DNA of 57,261 nucleotides, filler included, from Candidatus Woesearchaeota archaeon (GTDB lineage: Archaea; Nanobdellota; Nanobdellia; Woesearchaeales; ARS49): the NCBI GenBank assembly GCA_016188265.1. It is 4 parts of 4 records of this genome, joined end to end, with 100 filler letters (N's around TTAATTAATTAA, not from the genome) between each part and the next. Parts side by side here need not be neighbours in the genome. Positions count along the whole stretch, not along the records: positions 1 to 13,150 come from JACPID010000015.1; positions 13,251 to 28,235 come from JACPID010000019.1; 2 more parts are not named here. The stretch is one strand, 5' to 3'. This document shows positions 9,952 to 20,038 of this stretch, piece by piece. The translations under genes were made by a program, and so were the position numbers. The first letter of the stretch is position 1. Every line of letters begins with the position of its first letter. Under the pieces are notes generated by a model. That model had not been told where the DNA came from and ran no database searches. It saw only the letters and a list, made by a program, of their open reading frames with translations.

Positions 9952-11544
9952 CATGCCGTGTTTTTTCTTAAATGTTCTATAATGAGTCCATAATAATTTT
10001 TTTGCAAGAGATTCTGCTTTTCCTTTTTCTTTCTCTTTTTTTTCTTCTGATTTTTTTTCTTTAGGCTTTCCTTTAGGAACAATCATAGAACCTAATTCTC
10101 CAATTCCTTTAATAAGAGCAATAAAAGGTTCAAAAACATTTTGTTTTGGCTTTTCTTCAACAAATTCTGATTTTTTTGCCAATAACTGTTCTGCTTTTTC
10201 ACGGCTAATTCTTAATTTAGAAGCTAACTCTGCAATTTCTTTTTCTGTTGGTGAAATACTTTCTTTTGCTTCTTCAAGATACTTCCATAAATCCTCGCCA
10301 ATAGCATCAATTGTAGCTTGAATAGAACTATCTATTTTAGATAAGTCATCAATGTCCTGCCGTTCTTTCATATTTATAAAACTCATAATTTCATCTTTTG
10401 TCCAAGCATATGAACGCCAAGTAATTCTTGTTTCGCCAACATGTATTGGAATTCTTTGCTGTGTTTGCGGTGAAAATTCCATTGAAGGCCGTGTTCTATA
10501 CTCAAATGTTATCAAAAGACAAGCATAATATTCTTTATTACTTTCCGGAATCATGCTTCCCAAAAGTTCAATGTCTACCATACTTCCTTCAAATGCAGAA
10601 ATAAGGTCTGCACTTTCTACTTTGCTGATATCTGCTCTTAATCTCTCAGCATACTTCATATAAGGTTTTAACCAGTTCAAATACATTTTCAAAATATTAT
10701 AATGCTGGCGTAAATATTTTAGCTCAAAATTCTTTCTTTGCCTTAGTTCAGCATAATTTGCATCTTTCCACACAACATACTGGTGAAGTTTTCTTTTAAG
10801 AACTTGTTTAAGTGCAAGAGACACATCAAGTGCATTAATAAGCTTATCAACATCTTCTGCATTTTTTGGGTTTACTTTAAAGAAAAAAGGCGCGAGTGAA
10901 GTAAATTGAAGCTCTCTTGATAATTGGAAAATATTCGGTGTTGCTTGCTGCCCTTGAACTTTTCCATCAACCAAATCAGCCCAAATTCCTTTTAAAGTTA
11001 TTTCTGCAGCTTCAAGGCCTTTTCTTGCATCTTCGTGATATTTTATTCTTTCATCAATCCATCTTAAGTCACGAATTAATTGAAATAAATCATTTCTAAT
11101 AAATTGTCCAACCAGTGCAATAAAATTTTGAACTTTATCCTGAGCAAGCCCAAGTCTTTGGGCTGCAGCACCATAAAAACTACTGTGTTCAGATGCAGAA
11201 AAAATATCTGTAAGCTTTTCTATCCAAGGTATTCCAAGATCTCTCAGCGTGTTTAAGTTCCAAAAATAAATAGGTTCAATGCTTTGATGAAAAGATTCGT
11301 AAATAGTATAATATTTGTTTAATGGTTTAGGATAATTAAGAGCAACAATCTGATCTTTAACAAGCTCCTGCTCATCAAGGTTGGCATCTTTTTTTAATTG
11401 TTTTTCAACTTCAGCTTTTCCTTTTTTTTGCTTTAATTCTTCAATAAACTTTTTTCTTTCATCAGGAGAATCACCTTTATACTTATCTTTTGATTTAGGC
11501 TTAACAAATCCATAAGTTACTAATAATTCAGGCGAAGTTGTCAT
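9940..11544 (-). CDS. Hypothetical helical protein
   Basis: 534-aa ORF with normal composition; no motif assigned. Confidence 0.8.
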   Translation of the reverse strand: MTTSPELLVTYGFVKPKSKDKYKGDSPDERKKFIEELKQKKGKAEVEKQLKKDANLDEQELVKDQIVALNYPKPLNKYYTIYESFHQSIEPIYFWNLNTLRDLGIPWIEKLTDIFSASEHSSFYGAAAQRLGLAQDKVQNFIALVGQFIRNDLFQLIRDLRWIDERIKYHEDARKGLEAAEITLKGIWADLVDGKVQGQQATPNIFQLSRELQFTSLAPFFFKVNPKNAEDVDKLINALDVSLALKQVLKRKLHQYVVWKDANYAELRQRKNFELKYLRQHYNILKMYLNWLKPYMKYAERLRADISKVESADLISAFEGSMVDIELLGSMIPESNKEYYACLLITFEYRTRPSMEFSPQTQQRIPIHVGETRITWRSYAWTKDEIMSFINMKERQDIDDLSKIDSSIQATIDAIGEDLWKYLEEAKESISPTEKEIAELASKLRISREKAEQLLAKKSEFVEEKPKQNVFEPFIALIKGIGELGSMIVPKGKPKEKKSEEKKEKEKGKAESLAKKLLWTHYRTFKKKHGMLSF

Positions 11545-11670
11545 TATACCTGTAATATAATTTCTTATTTAAAAATGTTCTTGCTCAATTAAATCAATTA
11601 AATAATTTTTTTTGTCTCTATTATTGAATAGTAATAAAGTCTTTTAAACTAATAAAATAAATATTCTTAT

Positions 11671-12477
11671 ATGCAATTTAAATTAGAGAATAAAGTGCAT
11701 CCTAATCTTCCGAAATATGCTGATGTAGATTTTCAGTTAGCACAAAAATTTGGTGAAAAAATCCATCAGGAGCTTGGTGAATTTCTAAAAGCAGCAGTTT
11801 TGTTTGGCAGTGCTTCTCGAAGTGAAAAAAAAATCGGAGAAAGAGATATTGATGTGCTTCTTTTAATTAATGATTTAACTATGATGCTTAATGAGGAAGT
11901 TATTGAAGCATATAGGGTTATTGTGCAGAATACTGCATCAAAAATATCAAAAAGATTGCACATAACTACTATGAAACTTACTAATTTTTGGGATTATGTG
12001 AAAAATGCAGATCCTCTGGTTGTAAACATGTTAAGAGATGGCATTCCTTTATATGATGCTGGCATATTTGGTCCTGCACAGCAATTATTATTTCAAGGAA
12101 GATTAGCGCCAACAAAAGAATCAATCTGGGCATATTATGCAAGAGCTCCTAATACTATTGCAAGTGCAGACTGGCATGTATTGCAAGGGGCTTTAGACTT
12201 GTATTGGGCAGTTGTTGATGCGTCTCATGCAGCATTAATGATGCAAGGAGAGCTTTCTCCAAGCCCGCAGCATTTAGCAGAATCTATACAAAAAAAATTA
12301 GTGCCAAAAAAACTTGTTTCTAAAAAAATACCCAACGAAGTTGATTTTTTTGTAAAATTAAGCAAGAAAATAACTCATAGAGAAATACAACGCTTAACAG
12401 GCAAAGAATATGAAGAATACAGAAATAGAGCAGTAGAAGTAGTTAAGGAATTGCAAAAAGCAGTTGCAAGGCGTTAG
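11671..12477 (+). CDS. Nucleotidyltransferase (Pol-beta/MNT) plus HEPN-like domain protein
   Basis: LFGS...DIDV motif; C-terminal Y.AVVDASHAAL...P.P.H. Confidence 0.85.
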   Translation: MQFKLENKVHPNLPKYADVDFQLAQKFGEKIHQELGEFLKAAVLFGSASRSEKKIGERDIDVLLLINDLTMMLNEEVIEAYRVIVQNTASKISKRLHITTMKLTNFWDYVKNADPLVVNMLRDGIPLYDAGIFGPAQQLLFQGRLAPTKESIWAYYARAPNTIASADWHVLQGALDLYWAVVDASHAALMMQGELSPSPQHLAESIQKKLVPKKLVSKKIPNEVDFFVKLSKKITHREIQRLTGKEYEEYRNRAVEVVKELQKAVARR

Positions 12478-12508
12478 ATTTATAATATAAACTAAATTCT
12501 CTGCTTTT

Positions 12509-12871
12509 ATGGCAGAACAACTAGAAACAGTAGATTACTTTATTAATCTAAAATATGATCCAAAAAGATTAAGCAAAGAATATGCTGCAGCTCTTTTCTT
12601 TGGAGCTAATCAACTTCTTAAACAATATCCTGAAATAAGCATAGTTAATGAATTTGCGCATGCAGTTTCTTTGATGGCAAGAAGCAAAAAACAAGATTTT
12701 GAAAAATTGTATGATGTTAAGTTAAATTACGAAACCTTTACTATACTATTAAATAAAGAATTTAAACAAGTAAGCGAGTTGAGAAGTAATGGCACGCCAC
12801 AAATCCCTCAAGGATTGGAAAGCATTGTGCATAGTATAAGTTTAGTTTCAGCAGTATTTTCTATGAAGTAG
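12509..12871 (+). CDS. Hypothetical protein
   Basis: 120-aa ORF preceded by a TATA-like TTTATAA. Confidence 0.6.
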   Translation: MAEQLETVDYFINLKYDPKRLSKEYAAALFFGANQLLKQYPEISIVNEFAHAVSLMARSKKQDFEKLYDVKLNYETFTILLNKEFKQVSELRSNGTPQIPQGLESIVHSISLVSAVFSMK

Positions 12872-12896
12872 TATTAAATCAATTGAAAATATCAAT

Positions 12897-13150
12897 ATGA
12901 CAACTTTGCAAGAAAGAATTAAATCAATGGAACAACTTCAAAACTATGTTGGTGAAGGTGTAACAGTAACTTTTGTTGATCAATTTAATAAACAAGAATC
13001 AATTACCGGTACTTTGGTTGAAGTAAATCCTTATTTTAATATTGAAATATCTAGTTGGGAAAAGTGGGCAGTGAAAAAGTACAAGTCCATTACAGGAATT
13101 CCATTTTTGGGCTTTCCAGATGCAATAATGTCAATAGTTACTGAAACTGG
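12897..13150 (+). CDS. Hypothetical protein, truncated by contig end
   Basis: Open frame runs into the N gap. Confidence 0.55.
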
Positions 13151-13250
13151 NNNNNNNNNNNNNNNNNNNNNNNNNNNNNNNNNNNNNNNNNNNNTTAATT
13201 AATTAANNNNNNNNNNNNNNNNNNNNNNNNNNNNNNNNNNNNNNNNNNNN
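13151..13250. other. Artificial contig linker
   Basis: N44-TTAATTAATTAA-N44, which gives stops in all six frames. Confidence 0.97.
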
Positions 13251-13586
13251 ATGAGCAGTGGAAAATGAACATGGTCCAATATTTATTCTTTGATTAAATT
13301 TCAAGATTGAGAAAATATATTTATAATAACTCAGACTTTTTTCAAAGATAAAATAAAACTTGAAAAACCGCACAACCTAATTGTTATTGATGAAACTGCA
13401 ACAATTCCGTCGATAATAGCTCATCTTACTGAAAATTTTAAAGATAAACTTGTTGGAGATGTTGCTGTGAACATGATTTCAGGAACTGGAAAAGAGCATA
13501 CTGCGCTTTTAATATCATTGTTTAAGATTGGTGTAGGAATTAGATTTATTGAAGCAACAGAACAAGGAATTAATGAAATATGGTAG
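13251..13586 (+). pseudogene. Small archaeal hypothetical protein with two in-frame TGA codons near the contig edge
   Basis: Reads MSSGK*TWSNIYSLIKFQD*ENIFII...VAVNMISGTGKEHTALL..LFKIGVGIRF. TGA at 13266 and 13308. Confidence 0.65.
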
Positions 13587-13601
13587 TTGTTTTTGTAGCA
13601 T

Positions 13602-14210
13602 TTATTCTACTGATGACATGTAAACTCTAAATCCGCTTTTTATCTCAACTGTTTTAACATTTTGAAAAACATTTTTCATTTTCTCTTCAAAACTTTTACC
13701 GCCTTTTTGATGGCGTGCAACAACAAATAATCTGCCGTTCTTTTTTAAATGCTGTTTTGCTTGTTCTATCATTGAAAAACAAACTTTTTTCCCTGCTGTT
13801 TGAGGAGGATTGATTATAATGATGTCAAATTCTTTTTCTTTAACACCTTCATACATATCTCCTTGTATGACTATTATGTCGACGTTATTTTTTTTCGAAT
13901 TTATTTTCGCATACTTTATTGCTCTTTCATTAATGTCTGTTAATGTTATTTTAGAATTTGGAAATATTTTTTTTGCAACAATTCCAACAACACCATAACC
14001 ACATCCTAAGTCTAAAATTTCAGAGTCTTCTTTAACTAAGCTATTTGAAATTGCTAGCAATAGAACTTTTGTTCCTGTATCAATAGATCCTTTTGAAAAA
14101 ACTCCGCTTGGTGATATAAATATGAATTTATTATTACAAAAATTCCATTCAAATTGAACGGGTTTTTCTGGTGAATATTGTTTTCTGCTGAAATAGTGCT
14201 GTTCTTTCAT
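13602..14210 (-). CDS. RsmC-like (MTS) class I SAM methyltransferase
   Basis: GVFSKGSID.GT, LDLGCGYG and NPP. Confidence 0.9.
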   Translation of the reverse strand: MKEQHYFSRKQYSPEKPVQFEWNFCNNKFIFISPSGVFSKGSIDTGTKVLLLAISNSLVKEDSEILDLGCGYGVVGIVAKKIFPNSKITLTDINERAIKYAKINSKKNNVDIIVIQGDMYEGVKEKEFDIIIINPPQTAGKKVCFSMIEQAKQHLKKNGRLFVVARHQKGGKSFEEKMKNVFQNVKTVEIKSGFRVYMSSVE

Positions 14211-14869
14211 TTAATTATTCTATACCAGTGATATAATAATCTATCAATTGATTTTATTAAATCAAAATCTTCTCCTTGTAATATTATGCAAGTATTGTTT
14301 AGAAGTATTTGTGTTGGCCCTTCAGTTTTTAATAAAATTACTGATTTTCCAAACTTTCCACACTCAACAATAGGACGATTAATACAAGCATCAGTTTCAT
14401 TTTGAGTACAAGCAGCAACGAAAGGTTTATTCAATACTTTCATATTTAATGTTAATTCTGCAGCACCTAAAGTTAAATATTTGAAATTAGCATCTTCTGT
14501 TAAAGGATCAAATGCAACATGTATGGGTTTGAGGGCATCAAATGTTTTGTTTAATTCTCCTTTTATTTGTATATCTTCAACTTCTAATGGATTATATCTG
14601 AAAGATAATCTATATATCTGGTTGTCAGGAGCTTGCCATCTTGTATTCCAATGAGTGCTTGTTTTAATAAAATCAAATAAATTATAACTGACTTTTTCAT
14701 AACCTATTTGCGGAGGTTCAAAATAATTTGTTATGAATAATATAACACCAAGTATTGCAATTACAGTTACAGAAAAAACTCCTAAATATTTTAATGAACT
14801 AACATTTTTTTCTTTTAAATCTTTTTTTACTGTTTCTTCTTCAGCTTGCTGATTTATTTTTTCTTCCAC
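14207..14869 (-). CDS. Membrane-anchored hypothetical protein
   Basis: N-terminal TM helix and Cys-containing ectodomain; resembles the adjacent gene (YN.F.F, N.TCI..Q). Confidence 0.75.
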   Translation of the reverse strand: MEEKINQQAEEETVKKDLKEKNVSSLKYLGVFSVTVIAILGVILFITNYFEPPQIGYEKVSYNLFDFIKTSTHWNTRWQAPDNQIYRLSFRYNPLEVEDIQIKGELNKTFDALKPIHVAFDPLTEDANFKYLTLGAAELTLNMKVLNKPFVAACTQNETDACINRPIVECGKFGKSVILLKTEGPTQILLNNTCIILQGEDFDLIKSIDRLLYHWYRIIK

Positions 14870-14871
14870 GC

Positions 14872-15435
14872 CTAAACTACTCCTAATAAATTGTAAATAA
14901 TTTCTTCAATGCCCTGCAGTGCATCATATGAACTTCCAAATTGTGCAACAATACAAGTATCATTCTTAAATATGTTGGTGTTTTCTGCACTTTCTAACAA
15001 AAGAACTGGCATGGTTTCAGTGCTATCTTTACAATTGCTTTCTTGAGCATCAAATCCTGTGCTATTAGCCAATGCATGAATAATGTAAACTTTATCCTGT
15101 TTTTTTAATGCATCTTCAGCATAAAATTGTATTTGTGCCAAAAGCTGTGCATCACTACTTTGTGGATCGTAAGTTATTGTTAATGTTTTAGCTTCTTTTA
15201 ATAGATTTTTAACATCATCTTCTATGTTGATTTGAATCTCATCAGGAAGGTATTGAAAAAAAATTCTTTCATTATTAATTTTTGCCATCCAACCATTTTG
15301 AGTTTGTAAAAAAGTAAATCCATTATATGATCTTTTCTCAGGCCCAAACCCTGAACTTAAAATAAAACCAAAAATACTGAAAACCATAATAAATGCTATA
15401 AATAATGAAACTACAGTTTTTTTATTTAATTCCAT
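14872..15435 (-). CDS. Membrane-anchored hypothetical protein, paralogue of its neighbour
   Basis: FIAFIMVFS TM helix; YNGFTF...W; NDTCIV.Q. Confidence 0.75.
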   Translation of the reverse strand: MELNKKTVVSLFIAFIMVFSIFGFILSSGFGPEKRSYNGFTFLQTQNGWMAKINNERIFFQYLPDEIQINIEDDVKNLLKEAKTLTITYDPQSSDAQLLAQIQFYAEDALKKQDKVYIIHALANSTGFDAQESNCKDSTETMPVLLLESAENTNIFKNDTCIVAQFGSSYDALQGIEEIIYNLLGVV

Positions 15436-16453
15436 GCTGTACTTTTATTTTTAAGGTTTTTAAATTTCTTTCAATTTTATTTGTGTATAATTTGATGTGT
15501 TTTCTAATTTTATCTTTTTGGTCATCGGGCATTTTGTCAATAATTTCATCAACTTCAAATGTTTTTTGTTGGGTAAGTGTTCCTAAAAATGTTCTCCCAG
15601 CCAGAGTGGCTTGTTTTTCAATTTCTTTTGCTTCTTCAGACCCGAATTTTTTTAACACAGGAAATTTAGAAATTGAATTTGCACCTGCTTGTAAAAGAAC
15701 AGATACATGATTAACTTTATTCTGCCAAATACCGCATTGTATATCTATGTGAGGAAAATTAATTCTAGTTTTTGAAATCCACCATGCGTGATATTCTGCA
15801 CTTGGTGATTGTGTGTTTTCAAAATACGTTCTTTTAACTGGGTTGAGTCCGTAAATATGTATTTTCTCAATATGCTCTTCTTCTATAAATTGCTTTAGCT
15901 TATCAAAATCATTTTTTGTTTCACCAACACCGAGAATGAGCGTCATTCCAGTTTTTAATCCAAGATCTCTGGCATTTTGAAACATTCTTCTTATTGGAGC
16001 AATTGGTTTTGTCGGGCATATAAATTCATGGACTTTTTCATTAACAGACTCAACAGAACCAGTAACACCAATTATATAAGGGATTAGAGCTTCAAGTTCA
16101 GATTTACTCATAACTCCTGCATTAATCCATACTCTCTCTCCTGTGATTGTTGTTATGTTTTTTAAGAGTTTTTTTAATTGATCAATAGATAATGCGCGTA
16201 TTCCTCCAGAAACAAATCCAACCTTCCATCCATAAACTGTACAAAGAATTGTTTCTGCAAGAATTGACTCTTGAGAACGAACAGCGTGGTGTTCTTTTGT
16301 TAATCTTGGCTTTGTAGACATATAACAATATTTACAATCATTGGAAGCGCAAGACCAACTATAAAAAAGAGCTCTTTCAAAAAGAGTTGTAGGAGGAAAA
16401 TACTCATTATATACAAACTTTGCATTTTCTAATAATACATTTAAGCCTTCCAT
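15422..16453 (-). CDS. Radical SAM protein (biotin synthase-related archaeal family)
   Basis: CASNDCKYC (Cx4Cx2C), SGG, ES.N, ILGVGE and GAN.ISKFP. Confidence 0.85.
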   Translation of the reverse strand: MEGLNVLLENAKFVYNEYFPPTTLFERALFYSWSCASNDCKYCYMSTKPRLTKEHHAVRSQESILAETILCTVYGWKVGFVSGGIRALSIDQLKKLLKNITTITGERVWINAGVMSKSELEALIPYIIGVTGSVESVNEKVHEFICPTKPIAPIRRMFQNARDLGLKTGMTLILGVGETKNDFDKLKQFIEEEHIEKIHIYGLNPVKRTYFENTQSPSAEYHAWWISKTRINFPHIDIQCGIWQNKVNHVSVLLQAGANSISKFPVLKKFGSEEAKEIEKQATLAGRTFLGTLTQQKTFEVDEIIDKMPDDQKDKIRKHIKLYTNKIERNLKTLKIKVQHGIK

Positions 16454-16514
16454 TTAAGTAAAGAAAAAAGAAAGGGTTTTTATTGGTTTTGTTATAAAAC
16501 TCAGTTAATTTCCT

Positions 16515-17012
16515 TTAATGATAGGTTGTCCAATCCAAAAAATTATCATCAATATCACTATTTTCTTCATTAAAATAATAATCAATATTCTCTTTATAAA
16601 TATTTAAGTACTCACTCCATTCTTCATCAGGAACTCTGCCGCTTAATTTATCAGTGTCTCTGTGGCTGTCTTTTTCTTCATGATGTGATGAAAATTCCAT
16701 AATTTCAGCATTAGTCAACCCAATAAACCTATGCCAAGTACCAGGAACAATCTCAAGACTTTCACCAGGCCACATAACTTTTTCTTCATTATACGCCTGT
16801 ATTAAAACAAGACCTTTATTAACATAAAAAACTTCACTTTTAATTTCATGCATGTGCAAAGAACACTGATAACCTTCATTTAAAGACAGTAGTTTACCGC
16901 AATAACCCTGCTGTTTATTATTAACAATCCAATCTTCATAACCCCAAGCTTTTTTATGATGAGAGCGAGTTTCATTAATTCTTTGTTCTAAATTTTTTTT
17001 TTGTTCAGTCAT
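16515..17012 (-). CDS. Cupin protein (mannose-6-phosphate/sugar isomerase-like)
   Basis: K.WGYE.W, CSLHMH..K.E.FYV and PGTWHRF...EFS. Confidence 0.85.
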   Translation of the reverse strand: MTEQKKNLEQRINETRSHHKKAWGYEDWIVNNKQQGYCGKLLSLNEGYQCSLHMHEIKSEVFYVNKGLVLIQAYNEEKVMWPGESLEIVPGTWHRFIGLTNAEIMEFSSHHEEKDSHRDTDKLSGRVPDEEWSEYLNIYKENIDYYFNEENSDIDDNFLDWTTYH

Positions 17013-17120
17013 GTTAATTAAAAAGTCTTGATTAAGGAAAGTATTTAATTTTTGTGAAAATAAAAATTAGTCTTTGCTTTTTAGAAAACAAAACTATTGT
17101 CCTATTAATTATTTCATTTT

Positions 17121-18581
17121 CTATTTCTTCAACCATTCAATTAATAATCTTACACCAAATCCAGTTCCATTTTTAGGAATATAATGTTTTTCTTTATCAG
17201 ACCAAGCAGTACTTGCAATGTCAAGATGAGCCCATGAATTAGTTGTTACAAAATTATTTAAAAATGCAGCTCCAGTTATTGTTCCAGCATACTTGCCATT
17301 GTTATACCCTAAATTTGTTATGTCAGCAACTTCTCCTTTTATTTCTTCTTTATATTCATCATATAATGGAAGCCTCCAAACCCTTTCATAAGTTTCCTTA
17401 CCCGCATTAAAAAGTTCATTGGAAAGATTGTCATCTTGGCTTAAAAGAGCTGCCGCATGTTCACCGAAGGTTGCACGGCATGTTCCTGTTAATGTTGCAA
17501 GATCAATAATTTTTGTTGGCTTGTAATTTTTTTCAACAAAAGAAAGCGCATCAGCAAGAATTAATCTGCCTTCAGCATCAGTATTTCCAATTTCAACAGT
17601 TTTTCCATTATATGCAGTAACAACATCGCTCGGCCTGTAAGCTCTACTGCCGATCATGTTTTCAACAGCTGGAATAATTGCAACAATATTCTTGTTAAGT
17701 TTTAATTTTGCAGCTGCAAGAATGCTTCCTAAAACAGTTCCAGCACCAGCCATATCACATTTCATAGTTTCAATCATTCCAGTTGGTTTAAGATTTACTC
17801 CGCCACTGTCAAATGTCACTCCTTTTCCAACTAATGCAGTTTTCGCATCATTTTTTTTAGCACCACGATACTCGAGAATTATTAGTCTCGGAGGAAATGA
17901 ACTGCTTTTTCCAACATTCAAAATCAAATTTAATCCACTTTTTTGTAATTGCTTTTCATTTAAAACAGTTATTCTTAATCTTCCTGCTTTTGCTACTTTT
18001 CTCGCTATCAATTCAAGCTGTTCAGGATTCATCAGATTAGGAGGCTCATTCACAAGATCACGAACAAATAAAGTACAATGACAAACAGTGCTTGTATCAC
18101 GCACATCATCTTCAATATCAGCCGGATCAATATGAACAAAAGTAACTTCTTCAAAATGCTTGGCTTTATTTTTTTCTTCTGTTTTATATTTGTCAAAAGA
18201 ATAATTAGTTAGCACTAATCCTTCTGTTACTGCTTTTGCACATGTTTTATCTTTAACAAGAATATGCACTTTTTTTAAACCAACACTATTTATTTTTTTT
18301 GCTGCTGCAGAAAACGCCCTGCGAATATTTTCATTTTTAACTTCTTCATTTTTTCCTAAACCTACTGCAAGGACATATTTAGTAGGCAAACGATTTTTTG
18401 TGTGAAAAAACAAAATTTGAGAAAGCTCTCCTTTAAACTCATTGGATTTTACTTCTTCAGCAATAAGCTTATCAAATTCAGTTTCAGTTGATAAACTTTT
18501 AACTTCTTCTTCACTCAAAGAAAGAACAACAACATCTGTTTGTACATTATCAATTGGGCCTACAGCAAATTCAAGCTTCAT
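17121..18581 (-). CDS. pepA: Leucyl aminopeptidase (M17)
   Basis: VGKGVTFDSGG, MKCDMAG, NTDAEGRLILAD and WAHLDIA. Confidence 0.96.
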   Translation of the reverse strand: MKLEFAVGPIDNVQTDVVVLSLSEEEVKSLSTETEFDKLIAEEVKSNEFKGELSQILFFHTKNRLPTKYVLAVGLGKNEEVKNENIRRAFSAAAKKINSVGLKKVHILVKDKTCAKAVTEGLVLTNYSFDKYKTEEKNKAKHFEEVTFVHIDPADIEDDVRDTSTVCHCTLFVRDLVNEPPNLMNPEQLELIARKVAKAGRLRITVLNEKQLQKSGLNLILNVGKSSSFPPRLIILEYRGAKKNDAKTALVGKGVTFDSGGVNLKPTGMIETMKCDMAGAGTVLGSILAAAKLKLNKNIVAIIPAVENMIGSRAYRPSDVVTAYNGKTVEIGNTDAEGRLILADALSFVEKNYKPTKIIDLATLTGTCRATFGEHAAALLSQDDNLSNELFNAGKETYERVWRLPLYDEYKEEIKGEVADITNLGYNNGKYAGTITGAAFLNNFVTTNSWAHLDIASTAWSDKEKHYIPKNGTGFGVRLLIEWLKK

Positions 18582-18636
18582 AGTGGAAAAGAAGCATAAC
18601 TAATTATTAAATATTATTGCTTTACAGTCTCTAACT

Positions 18637-19491
18637 TCATTGTACAATTGCTTTAACTCTTAATTCTTTCAATGCTTCAAACCTTTTTCTCGAATCAACT
18701 GCACTTCTATGGAAATGCCAGAATATTTTTTCTAGCCAAGAAATCCAATTTTCATCATAAATATCATAATAAATAAGTGTTTTTTCAGACAATTCTTCTT
18801 TACTATTATCTCTGGGATCTTTCACTTCTTTGAGTCTTGCATATTTTCCATCTATAATCACAGCTCGCAAAGGTTGTTCGCAATGTCTTATTGTAATCAA
18901 ATCTCTTCCTATACGTTCATTTATTGATAAGAGTTTTTTTGTAATTTCTTTATTAACAAAATCAATTTTTGTCAATATGTATAAAGGAAGTTTTCTCTCT
19001 GCCAGTTTTTCAATAACAGAGAGGATAGTTTGCTTTCCTACCATTCCTTTGGCCCAGGATAGGTTTCCTGAAAAGACAAACACTGATTTTTCTGCTTCAG
19101 GAAGTGGCTCGCTGAGAGCATACTCTCCTTCTTGTAATGATCTCCCTTGATAAATAAAAGAGTTTCTTTTTTTAGAATCTACAAATTGATAAATATCAAA
19201 TGGTGAGAAATCTGTTTTTTTCAAACCTCGCTGAATTTTTGCAAATAAAAATTCTTGTACTTGTGATGCATGCATGCGCTCAAGAGGATTCCAAAAAACA
19301 ATCTTAAGCGCACCTCTAGTGCCTTCTCGAAACACACGCGAAGAAATAACTCCTTCTTGGCTTATTTTCTCAGCATAAGAATTTGCAGTTCTCCAATTAA
19401 CATTCAGTAATTGTGCAATTTCTTGAATTGTTTTAGGCCTTTGATAAACAAACTCAAGAATCCTCTTTTTAGTTTTCACATCCAAAACCAT
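18637..19491 (-). CDS. wHTH transcription regulator with TrmB-like effector domain
   Basis: N-terminal HTH (TIQEIAQLLNVNWRTA); C-terminal AVIIDGK.A. Confidence 0.7.
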   Translation of the reverse strand: MVLDVKTKKRILEFVYQRPKTIQEIAQLLNVNWRTANSYAEKISQEGVISSRVFREGTRGALKIVFWNPLERMHASQVQEFLFAKIQRGLKKTDFSPFDIYQFVDSKKRNSFIYQGRSLQEGEYALSEPLPEAEKSVFVFSGNLSWAKGMVGKQTILSVIEKLAERKLPLYILTKIDFVNKEITKKLLSINERIGRDLITIRHCEQPLRAVIIDGKYARLKEVKDPRDNSKEELSEKTLIYYDIYDENWISWLEKIFWHFHRSAVDSRKRFEALKELRVKAIVQ

Positions 19492-20038
19492 GCAATCAAC
19501 TCATCTGCACATTAATCTATATAAATCTTTCTTAAATTACAACACTATTACATATTTTTTGTCAACAAATGTAAAATAAAATACAACACTATAGTAAAGT
19601 GTTATCAAAGCAATTATTACCTGAGGACCATCGCTGGAAAAACAACCTCAGTATTATTGAAAAAAACCTGTGAAAGAATCATATTACAAGCTTGTTAAGA
19701 AAAATAAGATGATTTTCTGATTGTTTACCATCTCCATTCAAATCCTATTCCTAAGCCTTTATCGTCTTCTTTTTTGAATCTATTGTATCGTCCTTCTATT
19801 ACAAAATAAAAGTTTTCTACAAGTTTTTTCCCAGTTTGTAAATATGCTTATTAGTAACATTTAGGAGAGAAAATAATCTTTTGGGAGCGATTTTCTTTAG
19901 AAATAAAAAACTCAGAACTAAACAACTTCTTATGCTGGAAAACAGTCAAAACAAAAACAAGTTCAGTTGAACTAAAACCATTTGAGACGAAAATATCACC
20001 CAATCTGCGAGTTTAAGCTGATTTGTCTAAAGCTTCAA

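Noticed and set aside
520..13310. TGA recoding (code 4 or 25)
   Set aside because: TGA ends conserved genes at the expected places (polB, dnaG, rps9). The internal TGAs imply different residues, and the IS remnant also has TAA, TAG and frameshift lesions.
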